DNA of 64,000 nt from Lingula anatina (Eukaryota > Animalia > Brachiopoda): positions 20,212,001 through 20,276,000 of the forward strand of contig CM120641.1 in the NCBI GenBank assembly GCA_051362555.1, read 5' to 3'. This document shows, in pieces, positions 12,670 to 25,000 of this stretch (within the stretch, counting starts at the first letter, position 1; the number at the start of each line of letters is the position of its first letter). The notes below the pieces were generated by a model, which did not search any database, was not told the DNA's origin, and saw only the letters and a list, made by a program, of their open reading frames with translations. Position numbers and translations under genes: made by a program.

Positions 12670-14021
12670 TCTGAAGTTGACAACTGAAAAGATTCAGAAA
12701 AAGAAAAAGTGAGTGATCACTAATAGCAAATACCATGTATCAATAAATGACACCACTGCCACCAGATGGTGAAAACCTAAAGCCCTATTTCATCTAGGTG
12801 TGCATCATTATTTTAATAAAATATGCACAAATAGTCCCCTTCCTGACAGAATTTTTTTTTCTAAAAAAAGAAACCAAGCACAAAAATATCTATAACTACT
12901 TTATGTTCTCAAAACATGGTGAGGTAGTGTACACTGAGGACTTGAAACATTCTTTAGAGAAATTTTAGGAAAGAATGTGCAACTAGGTATTTTAAGAAGG
13001 TGATTTACATAGACCAGGTTTATGGTATAAAAATAAACATTTTCTATGGAATGTGCCACCGTAAAAGTAAGGAATCCACAGCGCTGATGCCAAGAATTTG
13101 TGCTTTACTTCATTCTTTAAGTCTGGAAAGATTTATGTTTACTAACAATGCATTCCCTAGGTGCAAGAAGGAAAAAGAGAGTCTGTTCACATAAGGTGAA
13201 TTCAAAGATGGGGACAAGAGTACTTTGCCAGCAATTTAATAATTAAAAGAAGTAAAAGCCAGCAGCAGCTCCTAATTGACTACTAATTAAGCAGACATTA
13301 TAATACTTAATCAAGCGGAGTGCTGCTGTATGTTGAGGGGATAAAAGAGATTCCACTGGGTCTGAACTAGAAAATTATTTGCACGTTCAGAATTGTCTGT
13401 CTGGTGGTGTTTTATGACCTAAAATGATCCAGGTCATTCTGTCTGAACACACCATTCTATACTTTACTTGGCTCACTCAAGGTTAAAATTTCTTTCGATT
13501 CAATTAAATTTTAGAACTAATTCAATGTTAAACTTGGCTTAAAATAGCAAAATATTTTGTCTTCCCTTGGCCAAAAATGAAAATGTTTACCTTTTGGCTA
13601 AAATTGCTAAGGTAAGATGTACCCAGGTATAGCTGTGGTACATGATCTAGACTACTCATCAATTAATAGACAACCATCATAAATTGATTACTCTCAATAA
13701 TATAATCTGTTGCAATGTCAGTCATTTCAGAAGATAAGGAAGCACTGTCATCTACAGATGTCAGCAAATTAAACTCATTCTCAGACCATATATTTTGCCA
13801 TGATTTTTTTTGTATTTGACTCTTGATTCTTAAACAGAGAAAAAATTATAATTTTCTTTGAATCCAGGGACTATGGAAGAAAAAATGACTAATGAAGAAA
13901 AGAAGTGTTTTGTACAACTGAATCTTATCAAATCATATCAGTGTCTCAAAATTCCCATCATACATAGATACTAATTGTTCAAACATGATAGTGGACAATT
14001 TCTATATATATGTTCTTATTA

Positions 14022-14810
14022 ACTAGGATGTGGATCCACTCCATTGTCTGTTGGACTGCTGGGGCCACCACAGATGACCTGCTTCTTCCATCCCTCTCTT
14101 CTCTCAGCTGCCTAATGGCTGCACACAGCTTCATGGCTGTCCACTCCGGAATGTTGTTTTCCCATCTTTTTTTTCTGTCAACTTCTCTTCCTTGCTATTC
14201 ATACCAAACCCAAAGGACTGTCCTGGTAAGCCCTAAAGACATTGTAGCGTGCCTGTACCACCCCATCTTGCTACAGCCAGTAGGGCTTTATAAGGCCCTA
14301 TATAAATTTGTCAATTTTTGTACCTCCTCATTGGAGATGAAGTCTCTGCAAAAAGATGGTGTCAAAAGGCTTTCTGTTCAAAGCACCTTGTCTGAGCCAT
14401 GGCCTGGATTCTTCCATCTAAACCTGCTGTAAGGTCCATTCCGAATAAATGATCCGAGTACTAACCAACTGCTGACTAAATATGGCCGACCACACTTCAA
14501 AAGAGATGCCGCTGCTTCTTGATGGTCTCCTCGCTTCTACATGTGCCATTAAACGGATTAAATCTTGGCTATGAGCTATAATTGCTAGACCTCTGCAGCA
14601 CTAGCGTGTGTGGAGGCGGGAGACCATTGAGAATCAGCAGCATCTCTTTCGAAGTGCGATCGACCATATTCAGTCAGCGGATCAGTTAGTACTTGGATCA
14701 TCTATTCTGAATGGAGCCTAAGTGTCCATAAGCAAAAGGCATAAAAGAATGTCCATAAGGCCAGAGAGTGCATTGGTCTGCTCTCTGAGATGAAGGGTAT
14801 TCCATCCTTT
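14022..14810 (-). mobile_element. Degenerate RTE-clade LINE 3' fragment, interrupted by a MITE
   Basis: Minus-strand remnant peptides WTLTAGLDGRIQAM, RDFISNEEV, GWYRH, QKKRWENNIPEWT resemble the RTE C-terminal consensus (WTLT..RI.A.EM, WYGH, RQKKRWEDNI.EWT). Frameshifts and stops are present. Confidence 0.8.
14433..14718. mobile_element. PIF/Harbinger (Tourist-like) fold-back MITE
   Basis: Imperfect inverted repeats of about 110 bp (GGTCCATTCCGAATAAATGATCCGAGTACTAAC... / ...GTTAGTACTTGGATCATCTATTCTGAATGGAGCC) with a TAA target-site duplication. Confidence 0.85.
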
Positions 14811-15056
14811 TCTATTGTGTTTCTTTTTATTAACTACCGACATGATATGTTATGATTAGTTTGGAATTGTTTTACCAATTGCTGAAAAAGGGCCCTGGAT
14901 AATGACTAACCAAGAAACCCAGAGCATATATAAATACTGCTTAACCTTGATTATTATGTGTGATGCAATATATATTTATTACACAAGATGAAACAGAGGG
15001 ATACCCTGGATGTCTTTGACCTAGTTCTAGACACACCTGCTCCAGGACCACCATTT

Positions 15057-15161
<105 letters not shown>

Positions 15162-16521
15162 TATCTGTTAAAGTTCAGTCAGCTTAAATCAAATGACAAT
15201 TTTTTTTAATCCTGTGAGTCTTAAAATGTACAGGAATGCACACATACAATAACAATTAGGGTCCCTCTTTCTTTTGTTTGGAGGAAATCATCTTTAGATT
15301 TGTACAGAGTCAGACATTTTTGAGAGTTTAAATTGAAGGTTTGTTGATTTTTTTTCCTGAGTGCAAATCTTTTATGCATTTCTAAAATATATCACATTTA
15401 ACAAGACCAGAGGAATACTTATTCATTCATAAATTAATGCTTAAATGTTGACCCATTAAGTAAGATGAAAAGAAACTTTTAATCCAGGCACCAATTTGTC
15501 CACTTACAGTATTTACATACTAGACCAATAATCCACAATACAGGTATTTATTCATTCATAACTGTTTGGTAATAGAGCAGTGATTACAATTAGGAAAGAG
15601 TTTATCCAAAAGTGACACAAATTAATGTTTTGAAAAGTTTACATGTAAAAACAAAACAAAATCTGACATGCTTTTTGAAATGTATAATTTAACCAAAAAA
15701 TTAGATAATGGACTGTAAGAATTCACATATTTATTATATCTATAAATCAATAGCTGTCTGGACATTGAAGAAAATATCCAAGTTCTTGCAACAGTTCCTA
15801 ATGCCCACCATATCTGTTAGATTTGCAGGGTAGGGTGGTTTTCATGTGAATTCATAAAGGATTTTAGATCTCACTGCTTGACAAAGCTACCATAAAACAT
15901 AACACAGCAAACTTATTGCACATAATAGATCTCCCTTGAATTCAAATAGAAACATTTATTTCTTACTAATATATTACATTTCTTTTTAAGATATGTACAG
16001 ATTACTTGCACTAATTGAAAACAAGAAGCGTGTACTTTAACATTTATATAATACCAAACAGATGATGACTCAAAGCAATTAAATTTGTGTTAATGTATTC
16101 CGAGATTTACCCTGGCATATTCATATTTTGAACCCTTATTCATGCTAAAATAGCTTAGGGTTAAAGCAGGTTTTCTTGTTCAAATAGAAGATATTCACAG
16201 ATGTAATGTAATGCAATTTAACATAATTTTCTTAAAAGAGCTTCATTTATTACAGATAGACATTAATTTATTTTGATTTATCTGCTGGCTGATTTGTCTG
16301 TTCACCCTGACAGACTGTTTTCATATATTTCTCTTGAAAACCCCACTCCAAACAAAAATGGATTACCAATTAACCATACTATATTTGTTATTTAGCAGTC
16401 TATATGTGATGTGATGGGACCTCAGATTAGCCGTTATACTACCACACACCTTATATCTGCTATTAACAAGAATTATCTACCAGATAAGTCCCAGATGTAA
16501 GTGGTCTTATGTCACTTCTTT

Positions 16522-16770
16522 GGGCTCATTCCCATAGACACAATCAGTCTACATAGACCGATCCAACTCTGCGGGGACTCTCACTGAGTGCAGTCAGCTT
16601 AACTGAATGGCACTCCTGGCACTGAGTAGAATACAGAAAAGTTGGTGATTATACAAGTACATTGGAAACAATAAGAAGCATGACATTTAGTTAAGCTGAC
16701 AGTAGTCAGTGAGAGTCTCTTCAGAATTGGATCGATCTATGTAGACAGATGGTGTCAACAGGAATAAGCT
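16522..16770. mobile_element. Fold-back MITE with long terminal inverted repeats
   Basis: GCTCATTCCCATAGACACAATCAGTCTACATAGACCGATCCAACTCTG pairs with CAGAATTGGATCGATCTATGTAGACAGATGGTGTCAACAGGAATAAGC; arms about 90 bp. Confidence 0.8.
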
Positions 16771-17368
16771 AGCCTAACAACTCTCTATAGGCTCATTCTC
16801 AATGAATTTATCATTCTTTGTAGATCCAACTTGCTGAATAAAATTTGATTATTATATTAAAAGACCTCCTCGAATTGAGTGGAATACAGAAAAACTGGTG
16901 ATTATACTGGAAACAAGAGGAAGCAATCTAATTTTTTCTTGTTAATACAAATTTTTATGCAATAGGAGAAAATGTCCAGTATTAATAGGATTTTTATTCA
17001 GACTAGTCCATCCTGATTCAGGCCAGTAGACTTTAAGAATGATTGGCCAATAAGCTGAAAAGTTTATGGCACAGAATTGTGTAAAGCTGTAAAGAAGGCT
17101 GTGCTGGCACCTTTGACAAAACACATAGTAAATGTTATAGAGTGTATATCTGTTACTATATAGAAAATTTGTTACAACATGCACATCACATATGTTAAAA
17201 TTGAATTGGGTAATACGCAAAACAAAATAGATTAGTTAGACAGCTTATATTAAACGTTTTTTTTTCTTGTAATTTCATGAGGACATCAATTTTGACAAGC
17301 CTCTGCCTCTCTACATAGTCTGTTAAGCTACATACTTAAACGTATATGCCCACGTTGTAATATCTTAC

Positions 17369-17460
17369 CTTGAAGTTAGTCTGCGATCTTCACTCGACAT
17401 AATTCCGCGAAACAAAATCAACAAAAACAGCAGAATCAGCTGCAATACAAGCAGCCATGT
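17369..17460 (-). other. SOS: Candidate non-coding first exon (5' UTR) of SOS
   Basis: Strong donor AAG|GTAAGA at 17369, CpG-richer context, YY1-like AACATGGCTGC near the 5' end. The downstream ATG exon has a 14-nt UTR behind a ttttcag acceptor, so an upstream exon is expected. Confidence 0.65.
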
Positions 17461-18694
17461 TGAGTAAACTCAACGATTCTTCAGGTAAGCACAGTTATCA
17501 TCTCTTTACTCTGTACGCTAGTAGTGAGGCCAGTGACGATCAATGGAAGCTACGGCTTTAGAAAGATGTCAAACCCTTCAAGCTGATCAACACCAAAACT
17601 AGTAAATGCAGTAATTGTATAAAAACTTCCGCATTGGATCGCTGGTCTTTACCGGATGTTCTCTTAATATGACTGCGCTTGCGTACTTAACGCAAGACAG
17701 TCCCACTCCACACTCAAGCCAACTAACGTGTGTGCACTCGTGCGTGCTGCAACTGGCGTAAGATTTATCTGCATGTTTCACGAAGAAGAGATATCAAATA
17801 AACAAATGCATTTTTTCAAATGAAAAATTAGTTCTACTATTAAAAATATTGGAATAAGAAAGAGAAACGTTACAGTTATCTAAGTTAGGATAATGTGCAT
17901 AATGACACGTACATTTTATTTTTTGTCACGCATCGAGATTTTAATAGACATATGCTGGTTCGAAGACAACGAATCCATGTTACCAAAAAATGGACAATAG
18001 AGAAATAAAAAAGGTGAAAAATGGAAATAAGATAAAGTGAATGAATAGACAAAATAGAAATAAAATAAATGAGTTATTTTAAATAAATAAATACATAGAT
18101 AAATAAATAAATACATGGATGCAATGAAACGCCTTGATAAATGACTGATGCGTCTCACCATGTGCAGCGTGAACATTCTCGTCTTTTTCCTATTTATCTA
18201 TCTTATTTTCTTTAGAATAAAAAAAAGTGCTGCCCAAGCCCTCTCCAAAAGAGAACACCGAATAGAAGGGTTGGGAAGGAAGAACTGAGTTTTTTTTTTT
18301 TAATTTCATATCTAAATCAAGCAAATCATGTTGTTTCTGCTATGTTTAGGATAATTAAATTACCTAAACTGTCATTTGATAATCTAGACATGGTACATAA
18401 TATAATAATGCTTTCATAGTAGAGACATGGTAGTGGATCAAAATTGCTTAGAAAAACGTTTACAACATTTTGAATGAATGGATAAGTCGAAACTTACTTC
18501 TAGGAAAATAGGAAAAGCGTCAGAGACTACTTTAAATCCTCTTTCGTGTAGTATTTAGGCCATCAATTTTTCGAACAACATTATTTTAAATAGCAAAGTA
18601 TAACTTTAAAGTGCAAGCAGGTTGTGCGTGACGTAATACATTAAGAAAATTTCGGAGTCACACCCATCTTTCTCATCTACCGCAATCAAGCAAG
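17460..18694. promoter_or_regulatory. Head-to-head promoter region shared by SOS and TIMM50
   Basis: Divergent 5' ends about 1.2 kb apart, local CpG enrichment, CRE-like TGACGTAA at 18629, YY1-like CAAGATGGCAGC over the TIMM50 ATG. Confidence 0.6.
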
Positions 18695-19097
18695 ATGGCA
18701 GCCTCCAGAAGCATGTGTTTGATACGAAATGTACAGAAATTATCTATGCTGCACATATCTCAGCCGCATCAGAATGGGCGCTTATTTCATATTTCTACAA
18801 ATAACTCGATTAAGTGGCGATTGAGTTGTGAATTCTGTCGCCGTAATCGTGATATGCGATTTTATTCAAACGGGCCGAAGGAGCCAGACGGACAAGGATT
18901 GAAACTGAGTGGGCAACTAACTGGGGACCTTTTGAAAACAAAAGTAGATATTGATAATAATGAAGATAAACAGGATTTTAAAGGACAGGAAAACAGTGAA
19001 CATAAAGAGAAAAAGGATGAGAAGAAAAAAAACATGTTTATTGCGTTAAATCTTGTATTTATTTGTGGTTTTGGTGTGGTTGGTGTTTGGTGGCTCG
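18695..19097 (+). CDS. TIMM50: TIMM50 exon 1 (mitochondrial presequence and TM helix)
   Basis: [16 protein letters not shown]...[21 protein letters not shown]; donor G|GTAAGT. Confidence 0.9.
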
Positions 19098-22000
19098 GTA
19101 AGTTACTTATACTTATACTTAAATTACTTATTTATGTGTAAATATTACAATATTAGAGAGGCCTTCCATGTCCCTGTCACTTTTGTACAGATCTGTGCTT
19201 GCAAAATGTCTAGATTACATGAGGTGATCCTGCATTTTGATTATGACTTGAAATGTCTGTCCTGTATTTTCACAAGTTTCTCTGATACTTTTGTCTGTCT
19301 GTATTTTATTTGTCTTATTTCAGTACACACAGAACTGAGATCATTTGAATCCATTCAAATTCTCCTATTCTCTGCTTTGGCTTGTCATCTCTTTTATACT
19401 GAGGTTGTTTTCAGCATGCTAGCTGTGGGCAGATGAGGTTGATATGTTGGTTTGAGAATTTTTTGACATTTTGAGGTTCTCGTTGATGAGAACAACTCTG
19501 GCATTTGGATGAATAAAATGTTTTATTTGTCCAAGTTAAGAGTGATGAATATGATGATCTGAATTAATATATAGGAATAGAGGGATCTATGGCATATGTA
19601 TCCTTTCTTGTTTAATGAATATTTCATGTTTTTGATATCATTTCAGGACAACCAGGAAAGGATCAAGATGGACAGCCTGTAAGTATGGAAAACAAATAAA
19701 CAAACATGAGACATGCTGAAACTGTTGGTCCAATAGGTCATGACCTACAAAATTTCTCTGGACGAGTAAAAAATGGACTCAGTCGGTCCAGAAAGCCTTC
19801 TTCCATGCAGAAGAGACTGATACTGTGAAGTGGCTAGCATGTTTCATGCATTAGCACTCCCATTCCGACTACAATATCTAATATGTACTATTTGTGTAGC
19901 ATCAAAATTTGCAAAGGAAAAATTGATCAACAGCAAATATTGCTGAGTTTTTTTTTTTTTCATTTAATTTTTTAGAAAATTTATTTCAAATTGAAATGAC
20001 TCAACTTTAAGTTTTTGAGAAATTGAGCATGATAAGAGTTATAATTAACCTCAATTTTTATGACACGGATCCATATTTCATTAAAACATACTATTATACA
20101 TGTATTTATGGCACCTGAAATAGTGGCGATAGCTGAAAGGCATTTGCGAGAGCCAGCAGTAAGACACTTGCCAAGATGGCAAGTCTTGAAAAGTTTAGCC
20201 ATACACGCTGTACTATTGAATTAAAGGACAAAGAGTGAAATTCAAGGACTTTCAAAGGAAGAAGCAAATTCAGGCTCTCTTAAAGGCCTGTATGAACCCT
20301 AGAACTTGTGAAATGAGAACAACATTAAAGCAGTGCTGCATAAGTGTCTGTTTTTGTTTTTAAAATATACAACATGTCCAAATTATTGATGGTATTACAG
20401 AATATGTATTAACAAGAGTTATTTCTGTGTAGTACTATGCAAATGAAATGTCTCCATATTTAATGGAAATTTTTGGTCTCGGCAAAAGTCATTTTAGTCC
20501 GGCAAATTTTTCCTCACTACTGGTCCAAATGCCTGGCAATTCTGAAAAGTTTTCAGCATGTCTGCCACCCGTGCATCCATGCACGCCTTCACACACTCCA
20601 ATCCCACTTCATTCATCTCAGAGCTTTTCAGTTTTCTCCTGCATATGTTGTCCTATGTGATTAAGGAGGCTAATGTCATTGGCAAAGTCAATGTCTTCTA
20701 GTAATGTTGTAAAAGTCCAGTGTATGCTTAGGAGCTGATAATAAAACAAGAAAACTAATTCAAACGTCATCCTCCATTGTTTATACCCTGATTAAAATCA
20801 ATGTCTGTCAGTGATTGTAGCCCCTGAGGAACCCTTAGGGGGAAATGATCATGGGGAATAAACAATGGAACCATTTGAATTTTTTTCTAACATATATATA
20901 TATATATTATTGTACCACCAGCGTAGGTGCTGGCAGTACACATGGTTTTAGTCTTGACCCGGCTCTGCCGCCATGTTACCGTTATCGCTTCTCCTCCTAG
21001 ACTACAAGAGTTTGCGTATCCATCTTTTGGATTTAGGTCCCATATAATCTCAACTCAATCCACCTGTTACCCTTAGGGTCATCTTTCATCTTCGTGAGTT
21101 TGGGGTAATTCTGTGCATTTTCACGGGAGAAGCAGCCATTAGATGCTGAAACTGAAAATTCTCTCTAATTCTGGAATCGTGGTATCTCCAAAACTGCTAG
21201 AAATACGCCCATAGTTGCTATTGAACTTGAACGGGAAGTCACAGTGGCAATATGTGACCTTGGAATTGAACATTGGCCTACTTTTCACCGTGAACTTAAC
21301 TTTGCAAATTGTCTGTCCCTTATATCTCCAAAACTGGCACAGATATGCCCATAGATACTGCTGAATTCATATATTGAATCTTTCTGTGACCTTGAATTTG
21401 ACCTTTGACCTACATTTGGCCATGAACTGCACTTTTCAAATTTGGATTTTACCTTTAACTTATCTCCATGATTCAGTTACAAATTGTAGTTTTCAACAAA
21501 AAATTGAGAACTGTTGTTTACTACATTTTGTGGAACTTGTCAAGCACAACCCTGGAGGTGGTGTCCCTTTTTTTTGTTTGCCATACAAATGCGCTTACTC
21601 CAGCTGGTGGTACAATACCTGGAGGCAGTATTGCCTCTCTGATCCTCTAGTTCATCTTACTAAAGAATGTTTTTGTTTTATTTTTTAGATTGAAGATGAG
21701 TTTAGTCATTGTAAGTATACACAAATGAAAGAAAAGGATTATGAGATTATTTTCCTTCATTAATTGAATCATACATACACCTGTTGATTATTAGTGAAAA
21801 ACTGTAGATAGTTTGTTAATATGCCCAAGTCTTTTGTTTTTCAAGTGAACTGCAATAAAAAAGAAAAAAAAAACAAACAAAAAACATGAATATTTTGTGA
21901 AAAAGATGGGTATCAATAATCCCACAAACATTCTAAACAGTTTGCAATCAAAACAAAAACCTGGGCTTTATAACTCGAAAGCATCGCAAATTGCAACCAC

Positions 22001-25000
22001 AAGCAAGTATAACGATCATTTGCTATTTGCAATTTTCATTGAACTGACCTTCTAACTCTAAGCCTTAACAAACGTAATGCAATTATTACCTCGAACTCTA
22101 CTAAAATTTGATTGCCGCACAAAGTGAAGACATCATAACACAATTGCACATAATGTAATTTTATTTCAGTAGATGATGCTAATTGAGAGATCAGAAAATA
22201 TAAAATGATACATGAATTTAATTTTGAAATTTTCATGTGTAATAGTACATGACTTTAGCATTCTTCACTTGAGAATTTACCGTAATTTTTTTATCAGAGG
22301 TACCAAGTGCCTCAATCTTTTATAAGCTCTCATGCTTTGTTTTATGTTAATGTGACAAGCAACCCTAAATGCCACCATGTTAAACTACATGAAAGACACT
22401 ATAAAATGACAAATTATGCATGTGCAAAGGCCATTGCAATGGGATTTGCTCATCGCAAATAATAGCCTCGAAACTAAAGGTGATACCGCTATTAGAGCTC
22501 TGTCGCATATTGCTATTATGCTTTTGAGTTATGGGATAGTGACAAATCACCATGCTTGCCCTCAGTCGCAATTTGCGATGCTTTCGAGTAATGGAGCCCT
22601 GTACACTTCTTGATCAAGTATGTTCTAAATTTTCTGAAATTTTCTTTTTAAGTACCCAAATTTGAGGCTACTCTTAAAAGGGCATGGAGGAACATCAACC
22701 TAACAAAAGAAGTGAGTCTTCAAGGCATAAGGTGCCTTATTATTATTGTTGTATTTCTTAGTTTATTAAAAAAAATCATTGAAAATGAAATGTTGAATTT
22801 GAAAATGTGTACTTGAATGGAGTCATGCAGATATCAGTTGACCACTAACATTTTATGTTTTTATTTTCAGGCTATTGCGGAACCGTCTGACAGAAAGCTG
22901 CTTCCTGACCCCCTGCCTGAACCTTATTACCAGCCGCCGTACACTCTGGTACTGGAAATAAAAGATGTACTGGTGCACCCAGAGTGGGGAGTAAGTTTAT
23001 GAAGTGCTGTGAAAAAAAAAACGGCTTAAAAGGATTGATCCACAAAATTCAAATGCCTTTTGTATAAATTGCAATGTTATGTTTTTTCAATGATTATCTT
23101 TTGGTTACTAACTAAAGTATCCTTTTTCATTGAACTTATGTGAAAATTTCATACTTTCTTCTTGCAGAAGTCAAATGGTGATCTTTTAGACCAGATTTAT
23201 TTATAACTTCATCTTAAGAAATATTTTTACTTGCTTGTGTTGATGTCTTCCTAAGTGGAAATTTGGATATAATTTTCATAAATTGTCTTTCAGTTTGTAA
23301 CAGGCTGGCGCTACCAGAAGCGCCCAGGAGTGGATTATTTCCTCCAGCAGTGTGGGCCCCCCTTGTTTGAGGTGGTTGTGTATACCTCTATGCCAGCGTA
23401 TGTAAGTAGGCAATATGCTTTATTGCTAAACTTCTGCCATTCAGTTTAATTCATAGCCTAGGTCAATGTAGGTAGCAACATTCTTGTTCTTAATAATGGT
23501 TACAAAATTTTTTCTTATCTTATTTTCTCTCTTTGATCCTCCATGTTAGAATATTTAAAAATACACTCGTTGTTTAAGCTGAAACTCTCACTTCTGAATT
23601 AGAATTGAAAAGCTGCACTTTCAATGGGATCTTTTGTATTTTTTCCAGACAGCTTTCCCTATTATTAACAGTTTAGATCCCAATGGTTACATTATGTATA
23701 GATTGTTCCGAGATGCCACAGAATACAAGGCCGAAGGACGAATGGGAGGAATCCATGTCAAAGTAAATACTATAAGACAGTTAAAGTGATCTAGATTTTG
23801 ATAATATAATATAATATAATATAATATAATATAATATAATATAATATAATATAATATAATATAACAACTCCTGGCTATTACTGTGCTTGAAAAAATGAAT
23901 AAAAATGTTTTTGAACCAGAATTAGCTGGTAAAATAATATAAATGTTGATTTAAAAAAATGAATATGTAAATACGTTTTTGTGTGCGTACACAAATCTGT
24001 CTCTACTGATTCACACACAACGTAGCCTATCTTGTTTATATTTTCTTACTGTTTGTTATTATAATAATTATAATCATTATTTTGTGATTTCATGTCATCT
24101 TACAACAGTCTAACCTATGTGTAAAATGTTAAGTAAAATAAGTCTGCTTTCACGTGCACATTGCCTTCATTTCAGGACCTTTCTTGCCTGAACAGGGACT
24201 TGAACAAAGTGATATTTGTAGACTTTGACTCAAAGGCATTTCAAAAACACCCCAGAAATTCCTTGGGATTGAAGCAATGGACAGGAGACAGAGATGACAG
24301 GACTTTGGTGGATTTGGCAACTTTTCTCAGAGGTGAACAACAGTTCTAGACCATCTTGAGTGTAATTTCTGTTTAAGGCATTTGATTGATATTTATGGTC
24401 ATAGATTATTGAGTATGCATTTTGCTGTTATTTTCTGTCCTAGTTTTTGCAGAATCTCATTTAATATGGTGGATCATTCTGTAGTTTGGATGTACAAAAA
24501 AGGGCAGTTTTATTCATTGTTATACTTTTTGAAAACAAGAAGATATTCATTACTTCAGCAAAAATGTTCCATGATGTATTGATGGTATTTCATCAGTGGA
24601 TCATTATCTTTATGAAAGAATGCTTTTAAGGCAAAAAATACATAACAAAATGTAAAATGTCTGCATCAAATATATTACATAAGTGATATGTGCTTTTTTT
24701 AAATAAGTGTTTAGGCTTTAGATTAAGGCTTTCAACTTACATTAGAACATACTTTTTTATCCATTTAATTTATATACCTGTTTGCTTTATTTTTTAAGCC
24801 ATAGCAGTAAGTGGGGTGGACGATGTGAGAAAAGTATTGGACTATTACAAACAGTATGATGATCCACTTGAAGCATTCAAAGAGAAAAAGAGGGAGTTAG
24901 CGGTAAGAGAAATGTGTCTTTATTGCAGTGCCCCTTTCTAAAGTTTTAAATCTTACTAAAGCAGTAGAATAATCATAATCATATCTTAGCAAATTTGCCT

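Noticed and set aside
14010-14432. 140-aa plus-strand ORF
   Set aside because: It is the antisense frame of a decayed RTE LINE and has no recognisable protein features.
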